64,000 bases of DNA. It comes from an uncultured Clostridia bacterium. GTDB lineage: Bacteria > Bacillota > Clostridia > Oscillospirales > Oscillospiraceae. The translations under genes and the position numbers were made by a program. The notes beneath the pieces are model-generated. The model saw nothing but the letters and a program-made list of their open reading frames with translations. It made no database searches and had not been told where the DNA came from. The DNA is taken from positions 15,944 through 79,943 of the forward strand of contig CALADI010000016.1 of assembly GCA_937890525.1 (NCBI GenBank), written 5' to 3'. This document shows, one piece after another, positions 37,081 to 45,867 of this stretch (its first letter is position 1; every line of letters starts with the position of its first letter).

Positions 37081-39099
37081 TCAGGCCTTTTTCTTCTTGG
37101 TCACCACAACGACCACCACGCCGATGACCAGAACCACCACCACGACGATGGCAACGATGGCGCCGGTGCTCAGACCGGAGGATGCATTCTGTTCAGCAGG
37201 CTCGGTGGCGGGCTGGGTGGCAGGCTCGGTAGCAGGCTCCGTGGCAGGCTCAGTGGGCTCTTCCCGCTGGGCGGCTTCCATTGCGATTCTGCCGCTGCCG
37301 TTGGCGGTGCCGTAATCCACGGTCAGACCGGGATACTTGGCACTCAGGGGAGAGTTGGATGCTTCCACAACGCCGTTGGGGAATGCCTGCACATAGTTGG
37401 CAAGCACCATGTAGTCTTCCATCACATAGTCCAGAACATTCACGGCACCGTCAAACATGCTGAAGCCGTCGCCCATATCCCGCAGGGTGTAGTTGTAGCC
37501 GGCAATGTTGTACTTGGCGGCAAGATCCAGATCATCCCATGCGCCGGTCTCCTTGTTGTAGATCTTCACATCGTGGACCCGGTAGCCGCCGGTGGGAGCG
37601 CCGATCCATACGCCCTTGTCATCCTTCTGGGTGGAATCGGGCCACTCGGTATCGATCTTGTAGGTCAGACCGGAAACCTGCAGGAAGCCGCCGCATTCCT
37701 CGCCGGTGCCGGCGGTACGGGCGCCCCACTCCAGAGCGTCCAAGATCTGCTGACCGGTGACGGTTTGCAGACATGCCACATTGCCGAAGGTGTGGATGCT
37801 CTTGCAGGTCAGGTAGGAGATATCGCCGGTGATGGCCTTGTTCCGGACGCCGCCGCCGTTCATCACGGCAACATCCACATCCAGATCCATGTTGTCAAAC
37901 AGATAGTACAGGGCATCTGCGCAGAAGTCGCCGGTGTTGGTCTCCTGACTGCGGACCAGACGGGCGTCGCCGTCATAGTTGTCCAGCGTCAGAGCGGTGG
38001 AGCCGATGACCACGCCCAGTTCCTCATTGACCTGTGCGATCCACTCGTCCTTGAGGGCCTGCACATCGTCATCGGGGTCGTACTCGAATTCGCCGGGGAT
38101 CACATCACAGGCCAGCTCGTAGCCCACGATCTGAGTCTCCTCGTTGCCCTTGTCATCCTTCTTGGGATTGCCGTTTTCGTCCAGAACCGGCTCGGTCAGG
38201 GCGTTGGCGGTGAAGAAGCCGTTCTCCACGGTGCCGTCGGCGTGGAGAACCACGACACCGATGTTGTCAAAATAGGAGCCGGTCTGCGCTACCACCACAG
38301 GCTTGCCTTCCTTGTCGTTCACCACATTGCCGACCAGCTCGGAATGGGAGTGACCGTCAATGAAAGCATCGAAGCCGGAGGTATTGGCAATGGTGGAGGT
38401 GCTGGTCCAAGGCTCGGAGGAGGGATCTACGCCCAGATGCCCCAGACCGACGATCTTGGTGGCGCCTTCTGCCTTGGCGTCGTCGATGGCCTTCTGCACG
38501 CTGGCGTACAGGTCGGCGCCGTCCTCGCCGCCGGCAATGCCGTAGATGTAGTTGCCCTGCTCATCCTGGAAGTAGGCGGGGGTGGACTTGGTGAAAGATT
38601 CGGGGGTCAGAACGCCCACGATCGCCACCTTCTCGGTGCCGCAGTCGAAGATCTTGTAGCTGTCCAGCACATTCTCGCCCCGGACGCCGTTGGCTTCTTC
38701 GTAGAAGTTGCAGTCGAGATAGGGGAATTCTGCCCACTCCTGCAGCGCCTTGCAGCCGTCCATGCCGTAGTCAAACTCATGATTGCCCAAGCTGGCCGCG
38801 TCGTATTCGGCGGCGTTCATCAGGTCGATCACATGCTTGCCCTTGTCCATGGAACCGAAAGCGGTGCCCTGAGCGTGGTCGCCGGCATCTACCAGCAGCA
38901 CATGCTCGTATCTGTCTTCGAGCTGATCCTTGATGTCAGCAAGGATGTCATAGCTCAGCGGGCCGTCGATGTAGCTGTGGACATCGTTGGTGTGCAGGAT
39001 CACGATGTCGTCAGACTTGGCATCTTCGGCCATGACGCTGGGGATCATCAGACTAAGCAACATGACCAGAACCAGCATCACGGAGATTTTTTTACGCAT
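37081..39099 (-). CDS. Surface-anchored bifunctional metallophosphatase/5'-nucleotidase
   Basis: Signal peptide. Metallophosphatase motifs ILHTNDVHS, DAGDH and GNHEFD, plus a 5'-nucleotidase C-domain. The C-terminus has a (T/Q)EPA repeat linker, a hydrophobic helix and KKKKA. Confidence 0.85.
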   Translation of the reverse strand: MRKKISVMLVLVMLLSLMIPSVMAEDAKSDDIVILHTNDVHSYIDGPLSYDILADIKDQLEDRYEHVLLVDAGDHAQGTAFGSMDKGKHVIDLMNAAEYDAASLGNHEFDYGMDGCKALQEWAEFPYLDCNFYEEANGVRGENVLDSYKIFDCGTEKVAIVGVLTPESFTKSTPAYFQDEQGNYIYGIAGGEDGADLYASVQKAIDDAKAEGATKIVGLGHLGVDPSSEPWTSTSTIANTSGFDAFIDGHSHSELVGNVVNDKEGKPVVVAQTGSYFDNIGVVVLHADGTVENGFFTANALTEPVLDENGNPKKDDKGNEETQIVGYELACDVIPGEFEYDPDDDVQALKDEWIAQVNEELGVVIGSTALTLDNYDGDARLVRSQETNTGDFCADALYYLFDNMDLDVDVAVMNGGGVRNKAITGDISYLTCKSIHTFGNVACLQTVTGQQILDALEWGARTAGTGEECGGFLQVSGLTYKIDTEWPDSTQKDDKGVWIGAPTGGYRVHDVKIYNKETGAWDDLDLAAKYNIAGYNYTLRDMGDGFSMFDGAVNVLDYVMEDYMVLANYVQAFPNGVVEASNSPLSAKYPGLTVDYGTANGSGRIAMEAAQREEPTEPATEPATEPATQPATEPAEQNASSGLSTGAIVAIVVVVVLVIGVVVVVVTKKKKA
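37197..37260. repeat. Imperfect 12-nt tandem repeat (about 5 copies) inside the 5'-nucleotidase gene
   Basis: Plus strand reads caggctcggtgg cgggctgggtgg caggctcggtag caggctccgtgg caggctcagtgg. It encodes EPTEPATEPATEPATQPATEPA. Confidence 0.8.
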
Positions 39100-39286
39100 T
39101 TTACTTTCCTCCCTAAATAGTAGTGGATAGGCCCAAATGACCTAACCCCATTCTACACAGCTTTGCATAGAAAAGCAAGCCGTATATTTGTAAAGGCTGT
39201 GTAGATTTTACAACAGCATCCCGTGATGCGGGTGTGATAGAACCCACTGCGCTGGACACACTAGCAGCAGAAGGGAGGTGGAGATC

Positions 39287-39523
39287 ATGCAGATCGGTCG
39301 TATCGCAGGTCAGGTGAACCTGCAAAGCGCCTTCGGCGCGCCGGCACGGTGGGTGCAGGTGCGGACAGAGGATTCCATGGTGACAGCCCGGGATCTGGTA
39401 GGGGCAAAAAACGGAGATCTGGTGCTGTTTTGCACCGGAGATCCGGCAAGGCTGGTGTCGCCGGACTGTCCTTGTGACGCAGCCGTTGTAGGCGTGGTGG
39501 CAGACGGCGGAAATTGTGGTTGA
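39287..39523 (+). CDS. EutN/CcmL-family (BMC vertex pentamer-like) small protein, orphan
   Basis: 78 aa. The pattern matches the family: MQIGRIAGQV..., VGAKNGDLVLF, ARL....PCDAAVVGVVAD. ATG 8 nt after AAGGGAGG. Confidence 0.6.
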   Translation: MQIGRIAGQVNLQSAFGAPARWVQVRTEDSMVTARDLVGAKNGDLVLFCTGDPARLVSPDCPCDAAVVGVVADGGNCG

Positions 39524-39549
39524 CAAAACGGGAAAAATAGGGATATAAT
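39520..39549 (+). promoter_or_regulatory. Promoter of the metG T-box leader
   Basis: TTGACA, 18 nt, TATAAT. The -35 hexamer contains the TGA stop of the EutN-like ORF. Confidence 0.6.
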
Positions 39550-39555
39550 AGCATC

Positions 39556-39800
39556 ACAATTCCACAAAAAGGCAGTGAAGAGAAGAGTAGCTTTGCCAAA
39601 GCGGACAGAGAACCCCGGCAGCTGGGAAGGGGGACGCAGGAGCAGGGGGAACATGGTCTCGGAGCCGACCGGTCGATAGGTAGGCCGGTACGGGTGCGCC
39701 CGTCACCGCGCGAAGAGGCATCCTTCCGGGGATGCGAAACAAGGTGGTACCGCGTCAATTCTGTCGCCCTTGAGTGATTCAAGGGCGGTTTTCTTTTTTA
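39556..39800 (+). promoter_or_regulatory. T-box leader (tRNA-Met specifier) with terminator/antiterminator
   Basis: Stem I elements (GTGAAGAGAAGAGTA, AGAGA bulge, distal GCTGGGA). AUG codon in the context ggaacATGgtc. Conserved T-box sequence AAACAAGGTGGTACCGCG at 39737-39754. Terminator stem cgcccttga/tcaagggcg followed by gttttctttttt (39765-39799). Confidence 0.85.
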
Positions 39801-39812
39801 GGAGGATCTCAT

Positions 39813-41762
39813 ATGTGTGAAAAATGCAAAGGCAACTACTACATTACCACACCCATCTACTACCCCTCGGCAAAGCTGCACATCGGTCACAGCTACTGCA
39901 CCGTAGCCACTGATGCTATGGCCCGCTACAAGCGGCTTCAGGGCTACAATGTGATGTTCCTGACGGGAACCGACGAGCATGGTCAGAAGATCGAGGACAA
40001 GGCCAAGGAATCTGGCGTTACCCCCCAGCAGTTCGTGGATGATATCGTGCTGGGCGACCGGGGCGTGCTGGATCTGTGGAAGCTGATGAACATTTCCTAC
40101 GACCGGTTCATCCGCACCACCGACGATTACCATGTGGCGGCCATCCAGAAGATCTTCAAGAAGATGTACGACAAGGGTGATATTTACAAGGGTACCTACA
40201 AGGGCAAGTACTGCAAGCCCTGCGAGTCCTTCTGGACGGAGAGCCAGCTCAAGGACGGCAAGTGCCCCGACTGCGGCCGTGAGGTTCAGGACGCCGAGGA
40301 GGAAGCATACTTCTTCCGTCTGTCCAAGTATGCCGACCGGGTGCAGGATCTGCTGGAGAACACGGATTTTCTGGAGCCCAGAAGCCGGGTCAACGAGATG
40401 GTCAACAACTTCATCAAGCCCGGTCTGGAGGATCTGTGCGTATCCCGCACCAGCTTCACCTGGGGCGTGCCGGTGGACTTTGACCCCGGCCATGTGGTCT
40501 ATGTGTGGATCGACGCCCTGTTCAACTACATGACGGCGCTGGGCTTTGAGAATGACAAGTATGACGATCTGAGCAAGTTCTGGCCGGCGGATGTGCATTT
40601 TGTGGGCAAGGAGATCGTCCGCTTCCACTCCATCATCTGGCCCGCCATGCTCATGAGTCTGGATCTGCCCCTGCCCAAGAAGGTCTACGGTCACGGCTGG
40701 CTGAACTTCAACGGAGAGAAGATGTCCAAGTCTCGGGGCAATGTGGTGGATCCCTATGTGCTGGCGGAGCGCTTCGGTGTGGATGCCCTGCGGTTCTTCC
40801 TGCTGCGCACCTTCCCCTTCGGCTCTGACGGCAACTTCACCAACGAGCTGCTGATCTCCACCATCAACACCGACCTTGCCAATGATCTGGGCAATCTGGT
40901 CAGCCGTACCGTGGCCATGGCCCAGAAGTACTTCGGGGAACATCTGCCTGCTCAGCAGACCGAGGATCCTGCGCTGGATGCACCGCTGATCGAGATGGTG
41001 TCCACGCTGCGGGACCGTTATGAGGAGCAGATGGAGCACTATGCTTTCCAGAATGCTCTGAACGAGATCTTCAAGGTCATCTCCCGTGCCAACAAGTATA
41101 TCGATGAGAATGCACCGTGGGTGCTGGCTAAGAGCGAGGAGAACCACCCCCGTCTGGCCAGAGTGCTGTACAATCTGCTGGAGACTGTGCGAATCTGCGC
41201 CGGCCTGCTGACTCCCTTTATGCCTGCCACCGCTGAGGAGATCAACCGCCGTCTGGGCAGCCCCGCTGCGGATTGGGACAGCCTGAACCGCTATGGTATC
41301 CTGCCGGCGGAGGCTGCTACTGTCGCGGGCCCTGTGCTGTTCCCCCGGATCGATATGGAGAAGGAACTGACTGCGCTGGAGGAGCTGTCCGCTCAAGCGG
41401 CAGAGCCGGAGGAAGATCCTCTGCCCGAGCCCCTGCCCCAGATCGACTTCGAGACCTTTGAAAAGGTGGAGATGACGGTGGTGAAGGTGGTTGCCTGTGA
41501 GGCGGTGAAGAAGAGCAAAAAGCTGCTGAAGTTCACCCTGAATGACGGAACCAAGCAGCCCCGGCAGATCCTGTCCGGCATTGCCCAGTTCTACAAGCCG
41601 GAGGAACTGGTGGGCAAGACGCTGGTGGCGGTGACCAATCTGGCGCCCCGGAAGATGATGGGGCAGGAGAGCTGCGGCATGCTGCTGAGCGCAGAGCGTG
41701 GGGACAAGCTGAATCTGGTGATGTTGGATGATGCCATTCCCGCCGGAAGCCGTCTGGTGTGA
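39813..41762 (+). CDS. metG: Methionine--tRNA ligase with C-terminal tRNA-binding domain
   Basis: Start at the ATG after GGAGGA (downstream of the leader terminator). HIGH (KLHIGHSY), Zn knuckles (CKPCESF, CPDCGRE), KMSKS, and a C-terminal Trbp111/EMAP-like domain. Confidence 0.95.
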   Translation: MCEKCKGNYYITTPIYYPSAKLHIGHSYCTVATDAMARYKRLQGYNVMFLTGTDEHGQKIEDKAKESGVTPQQFVDDIVLGDRGVLDLWKLMNISYDRFIRTTDDYHVAAIQKIFKKMYDKGDIYKGTYKGKYCKPCESFWTESQLKDGKCPDCGREVQDAEEEAYFFRLSKYADRVQDLLENTDFLEPRSRVNEMVNNFIKPGLEDLCVSRTSFTWGVPVDFDPGHVVYVWIDALFNYMTALGFENDKYDDLSKFWPADVHFVGKEIVRFHSIIWPAMLMSLDLPLPKKVYGHGWLNFNGEKMSKSRGNVVDPYVLAERFGVDALRFFLLRTFPFGSDGNFTNELLISTINTDLANDLGNLVSRTVAMAQKYFGEHLPAQQTEDPALDAPLIEMVSTLRDRYEEQMEHYAFQNALNEIFKVISRANKYIDENAPWVLAKSEENHPRLARVLYNLLETVRICAGLLTPFMPATAEEINRRLGSPAADWDSLNRYGILPAEAATVAGPVLFPRIDMEKELTALEELSAQAAEPEEDPLPEPLPQIDFETFEKVEMTVVKVVACEAVKKSKKLLKFTLNDGTKQPRQILSGIAQFYKPEELVGKTLVAVTNLAPRKMMGQESCGMLLSAERGDKLNLVMLDDAIPAGSRLV

Positions 41763-41776
41763 TGCAATTTTGAATC

Positions 41777-41808
41777 AAAGACCGCAGACGATGCTCTGCG
41801 GTCTTTTG
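41777..41808 (+). terminator. metG terminator
   Basis: 12-bp stem aaagaccgcaga / tctgcggtcttt followed by tgaaa. Confidence 0.7.
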
Positions 41809-41825
41809 AAACTGCGAGGAAAAAC

Positions 41826-42680
41826 ATGAAGGCTGATTGTCACATTCATATGCTGCTGGACGGGCAGGACTGGCGCGGGGCCATCGACGGTCACCGCAGC
41901 CAGCCGGATCGGGATCTGATCCGCTGCCGCCTGCGGCAGTATGCGGAGGAAGGGTTCACCTATTTGCGCGATGGCGGAGATCGATGGGGTGTAGGTGCTG
42001 CTGCCCGGGAGATCGCTCCGGAATTCGGCATTACCTACCGCACCCCGCTGTCTCCCCTGTGCCGGGCGGGGCACTATGGGGCGTTTATCGGAAAAAAGTT
42101 TGAAAATCTCAAAGGATATGCCAGACTGGTAGGGGAGACCCGTCAGCGGGGCGGGGATTTTATCAAGATCATGATCTCCGGGCTGATGGACTTCGACCGG
42201 TGCGGTGTGCTGACCGAGGAGGGACTTGCCCCGGATGTGATCGCAGAGATGATCCATATCGCCCATGAGGAGGGGTTTGCGGTAATGGCGCATGCCAATG
42301 GTGCCAGAACCATCGAGGCCGCCGCCTGTGCCGGGGTGGAATCCATCGAGCATGGAGCGTATCAAGATGATGCTTCCATGCAGGCGATGGCAGAAAACGC
42401 AACGGTCTGGTGCCCGACCCTGTCCGCCATTGGCAATCTTCGGGGCAAAGGACGCTTCGACGAGGAGCAGGTGGAACAGATCTACACAGGGGCTGTGGAA
42501 AATGTCCGCCGCTTCGTCCAAATGGGTGGGATCGTTGCCCCCGGTTCTGATGCCGGTGCGTGGGCGGTGCCCCATGTTTCCGGAAGCGGGGACGAGTACC
42601 GTCATCTGGAATATGCCTTGGGGGAGGGGGCAGATCCTGCTCTGCTTCGTGGTGTGCGAACCATTCGAGACAAATTCTGA
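41826..42680 (+). CDS. Amidohydrolase-superfamily metal-dependent hydrolase
   Basis: N-terminal HxH (DCHIHM), later MAHANG and SIEHG, and C-terminal GSDAG: the typical metal-ligand pattern. Confidence 0.75.
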   Translation: MKADCHIHMLLDGQDWRGAIDGHRSQPDRDLIRCRLRQYAEEGFTYLRDGGDRWGVGAAAREIAPEFGITYRTPLSPLCRAGHYGAFIGKKFENLKGYARLVGETRQRGGDFIKIMISGLMDFDRCGVLTEEGLAPDVIAEMIHIAHEEGFAVMAHANGARTIEAAACAGVESIEHGAYQDDASMQAMAENATVWCPTLSAIGNLRGKGRFDEEQVEQIYTGAVENVRRFVQMGGIVAPGSDAGAWAVPHVSGSGDEYRHLEYALGEGADPALLRGVRTIRDKF

Positions 42681-42763
42681 ACAGATTGACGAAATTGGGC
42701 ATAATCACGGATTTCACCGGGGAGCGCCGGGAAATTTATACATCTGTTTGTGAAGGCTTTTAT

Positions 42764-42792
42764 TTGACGAATCGACGGATCTGTGATACTAT
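42764..42792 (+). promoter_or_regulatory. Promoter of the pur operon leader
   Basis: TTGACG, 17 nt, TACTAT. Confidence 0.5.
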
Positions 42793-42807
42793 CTTGTTGT
42801 AAATAAT

Positions 42808-42926
42808 GTTTCGGACGACTGACGGAAATTGGTGGGTCACCACCGGGAAATCCGAAACGGAGCAAAATGCCGACCGTCTGGGCGCACTTGTCTTTCGGGA
42901 CGGGTGCGCCCTTTATGCGTTTTTTA
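42808..42926 (+). promoter_or_regulatory. ZTP (pfl-motif) riboswitch with intrinsic terminator expression platform
   Basis: P1 gtttcgga/tccgaaac. Core GACGACTGACGG...GGTGGGTCACCACCGGGAAA. 3' subdomain CCGACCGTCTGGGCGCA, where GACGG/CCGTC can form the pseudoknot (covarying with consensus GGCG/CGCC). A 13-bp terminator stem (42880-42911) uses the GGGCGCAC of the aptamer 3' end and is followed by tttatgcgtttttt. Confidence 0.7.
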
Positions 42927-42937
42927 AGGAGGACTTT

Positions 42938-43435
42938 ATGAAGAAAGTAGCGATCATCATGGGCAGTGACTCGGATCTGCCTGTTGTGCGCAAGGCTGCC
43001 GACACGCTGGCTGCCTTTGAGGTGCCCTACGAGGTGCATGTGTATTCTGCCCATCGGACTCCTATGCAGGCCCAGCAGTTTACTGCTTCCGCCCGGGAGA
43101 ACGGATTCGGCGTCATCATCTGCGCCGCAGGCATGGCCGCCCATCTGGCCGGCGCCGTCGCCGCCAACACCACTCTGCCCGTCATCGGCATCCCCATGAG
43201 CTCTGCCAATCTGGGCGGGATGGATGCCCTGCTGTCCACGGTGCAGATGCCCAGCGGTATCCCTGTGGCCACGGTAGCCATCGGCGGTGCGGTGAATGCG
43301 GCGCTGCTGGCCATGCAGATGCTCGCCATCAGCGATGCCGACTTGGCAAAAAAGCTGACAGACAAGCGGCAGGCGGACATGGAGGGCGTGCTTGCAAAGA
43401 ACGCCGCCGTGGAAGCAGAATTCAACCATAAATAA
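42938..43435 (+). CDS. purE: N5-carboxyaminoimidazole ribonucleotide mutase
   Basis: Start at [16 protein letters not shown] after AAGGAGGA. SAHRTP and AGMAAHLAG motifs. Confidence 0.9.
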   Translation: MKKVAIIMGSDSDLPVVRKAADTLAAFEVPYEVHVYSAHRTPMQAQQFTASARENGFGVIICAAGMAAHLAGAVAANTTLPVIGIPMSSANLGGMDALLSTVQMPSGIPVATVAIGGAVNAALLAMQMLAISDADLAKKLTDKRQADMEGVLAKNAAVEAEFNHK

Positions 43436-43477
43436 GGAAAACCACCATATTATCACTACAGAAAGAGGTCATTTATC

Positions 43478-44167
43478 ATGGAAAACCTGAAGCTCGTTTA
43501 CACCGGAAAAACCAAGAATGTGTACGCACTGGACAACGGCAACTATCTGCTGAAGTTCAAGGATGACTGCACCGGCAAGGACGGTGTGTTCGATCCCGGT
43601 GAGAACAGCGTGGGTCTGACCATCGAGGGTGTGGGCGATGTGAACCTGCGGATGTCCATCTACTTCTTCGAGAAGATCAACGCTGCCGGGATCCTGACCC
43701 ACTATGTCAGCGCAGACCTGGCCAACACCACCATGGAAGTGCTGCCCGCCAAGGTATTCGGCAAGGGTCTGGAAGTCATCTGCCGCTACAAGGCTGTGGG
43801 TTCCTTCTTCCGCCGCTACTCCGATTACTGCGAAGAGGGTGCAGACCTGCCCGCCTATGTGGAGACCACCTTTAAGAACGACGCCAAGGGCGATCCTCTG
43901 GTCACCAAGGATGCTCTGGTGGATCTGGGCGTCATGACCGCTCAGCAGTACGATGACCTGAAGGATATGACCCAGCGGATCACCAAGATCGTGGCTGACG
44001 ATCTGAAGGAGAAGGGCCTGGATCTGTATGACATCAAGTTTGAGTTCGGCTACGACGATCAGGGCCGGGTGATGCTCATCGACGAGATCGCCTCCGGCAA
44101 TATGCGTGTTTACAAAGACGGCAAGTATGTGGATCCCATGACTCTGAACAAACTGTTTTTTGCTTGA
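43478..44167 (+). CDS. purC: SAICAR synthetase
   Basis: [12 protein letters not shown]-terminus and a length of 229 aa typical of PurC. Confidence 0.9.
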   Translation: MENLKLVYTGKTKNVYALDNGNYLLKFKDDCTGKDGVFDPGENSVGLTIEGVGDVNLRMSIYFFEKINAAGILTHYVSADLANTTMEVLPAKVFGKGLEVICRYKAVGSFFRRYSDYCEEGADLPAYVETTFKNDAKGDPLVTKDALVDLGVMTAQQYDDLKDMTQRITKIVADDLKEKGLDLYDIKFEFGYDDQGRVMLIDEIASGNMRVYKDGKYVDPMTLNKLFFA

Positions 44168-44205
44168 GAATAAGAATGGAACGGAAGGCTGAAAGGAGCT
44201 AGAAA

Positions 44206-45255
44206 ATGGAACATAACAACTCCCATTCCGCCAGCTATGCGGCTGCGGGCGTGGATATTGTGGCAGGCTACCGCTCGGTGGAACTGATGAAGAAGCATAT
44301 TGCACGCACTAAGAATGAGGGCTGTCTGGACGATGTGGGCGGCTTTGGCGGCTGCTTCGGACTGAATCTGACCGGCATGGAAGAGCCGGTGCTGGTCTCC
44401 GGCACCGACGGCGTGGGCACCAAGCTGAAGATCGCCATGATCCTGGACAAGCACGATACCATCGGCATCGACTGCGTGGCCATGTGTGTCAACGATGTGA
44501 TCTGCTGCGGCGCAAAGCCCCTGTTCTTCTTGGACTACATTGCCTGCGGCAAGAATGTCCCGGAGCGGATCGCAGAAATCGTAGGCGGCGTTGCGGAAGG
44601 GTGTGTTCAGTCCGGCTCCGCGCTGATCGGCGGCGAAACGGCAGAGCATCCCGGCATGATGGCTGAGGATGACTACGATCTGGCGGGCTTCAGCGTGGGC
44701 ATCGTCGACAAAAAGAAGATGATCGACAACAGCAAGATGGCGGTCGGGGATGTGGTCATTGCCCTGCCTTCCACCGGCGTCCATTCCAACGGCTTCAGCC
44801 TTGTGCGGAAGGTGTTCGATGTGGAAAACAACCCCCATCTCACCGAGCCCTGTGAGGAACTGGGCGGCGCTTCCATCGCTGAGACCCTTCTGACCCCCAC
44901 CCGGATCTATGTCAAGCCCATGCTGGCACTGTTTGAGCAGGTTCAGGTCAAGGGCGTGAGCCATATCACCGGCGGCGGCTTCTACGAGAACATTCCCCGT
45001 GCCATCCCCGATGGTTTGGGCGCAAAGATCGACAAGTCCGCCATTCGTGTGCTGCCCATCTTCGACCTGATCGCCAAGACCGGCAATATCCCGGAGCGTG
45101 ACATGTTCAATACCTACAACATGGGTGTGGGCATGAGCGTGGTGGTGGCGAAGGAGGATGCAGAGCGTACTCTGGAGATCCTGCACGCCAACGGTGAAGA
45201 TGCCTATGTGATCGGCGAGATCGTGGCTTCCGAGGAAAAGGTGATTTTGGAGTGA
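44206..45255 (+). CDS. purM: AIR synthetase
   Basis: SYAAAGVDI, GTDGVGTKLK, DCVAMCVNDV. Confidence 0.95.
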   Translation: MEHNNSHSASYAAAGVDIVAGYRSVELMKKHIARTKNEGCLDDVGGFGGCFGLNLTGMEEPVLVSGTDGVGTKLKIAMILDKHDTIGIDCVAMCVNDVICCGAKPLFFLDYIACGKNVPERIAEIVGGVAEGCVQSGSALIGGETAEHPGMMAEDDYDLAGFSVGIVDKKKMIDNSKMAVGDVVIALPSTGVHSNGFSLVRKVFDVENNPHLTEPCEELGGASIAETLLTPTRIYVKPMLALFEQVQVKGVSHITGGGFYENIPRAIPDGLGAKIDKSAIRVLPIFDLIAKTGNIPERDMFNTYNMGVGMSVVVAKEDAERTLEILHANGEDAYVIGEIVASEEKVILE

Positions 45256-45866
45256 AAACCAGAATTGCGGTGTTTGTTTCTGGGGGCGGAACCAATCTCC
45301 AAGCCTTGTTAGATGCAGAGGAGGCCGGGCACATCCCCCATGGGGAGATCGCCATGGTGGTCTCCAACAATCCCGGCGCCTATGCGCTGGAGCGGGCACG
45401 GCAGGCAGGGGTCCCCGGCGCGGTCATCACCCGCAAGGAGTTCCCGGTTCAAGCGGACTTCGAGCGTCAGCTTCAGTCGGTTCTGGAACTGGGGGGCATC
45501 GATATGATCGTTCTGGCTGGGTTTATGTGCATCCTCTCCGGGGATTTCACGAAGAAATGGCCCGGTCGGATCTTGAACATCCATCCAAGCCTGATCCCCG
45601 CCTTCTGCGGGGAGGGCTTCTATGGGCTTCATGTCCATGAAGCTGCTCTGGCGCGGGGGGTAAAGATCACCGGTGCTACGGTGCATTATGTCAACGAGAT
45701 CCCCGACGGCGGGCCCATTGTGGCACAGCGTGCGGTAGAAGTCCGTGACGATGACACCCCGGAAACCCTCCAGCGCCGGGTGATGGAGCAGGCGGAGTGG
45801 ATCCTGCTGCCCCAAGCTGCTGAACAGGTGGCGTGCAAGCTGTATAACGAGAGAAAGGGTCATTGA
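45252..45866 (+). CDS. purN: GAR formyltransferase
   Basis: GTG start overlapping the purM stop (GTGA). IAVFVSGGGTNLQAL, NIHPSLIP. Confidence 0.9.
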   Translation: MKTRIAVFVSGGGTNLQALLDAEEAGHIPHGEIAMVVSNNPGAYALERARQAGVPGAVITRKEFPVQADFERQLQSVLELGGIDMIVLAGFMCILSGDFTKKWPGRILNIHPSLIPAFCGEGFYGLHVHEAALARGVKITGATVHYVNEIPDGGPIVAQRAVEVRDDDTPETLQRRVMEQAEWILLPQAAEQVACKLYNERKGH

Positions 45867-45867
45867 T

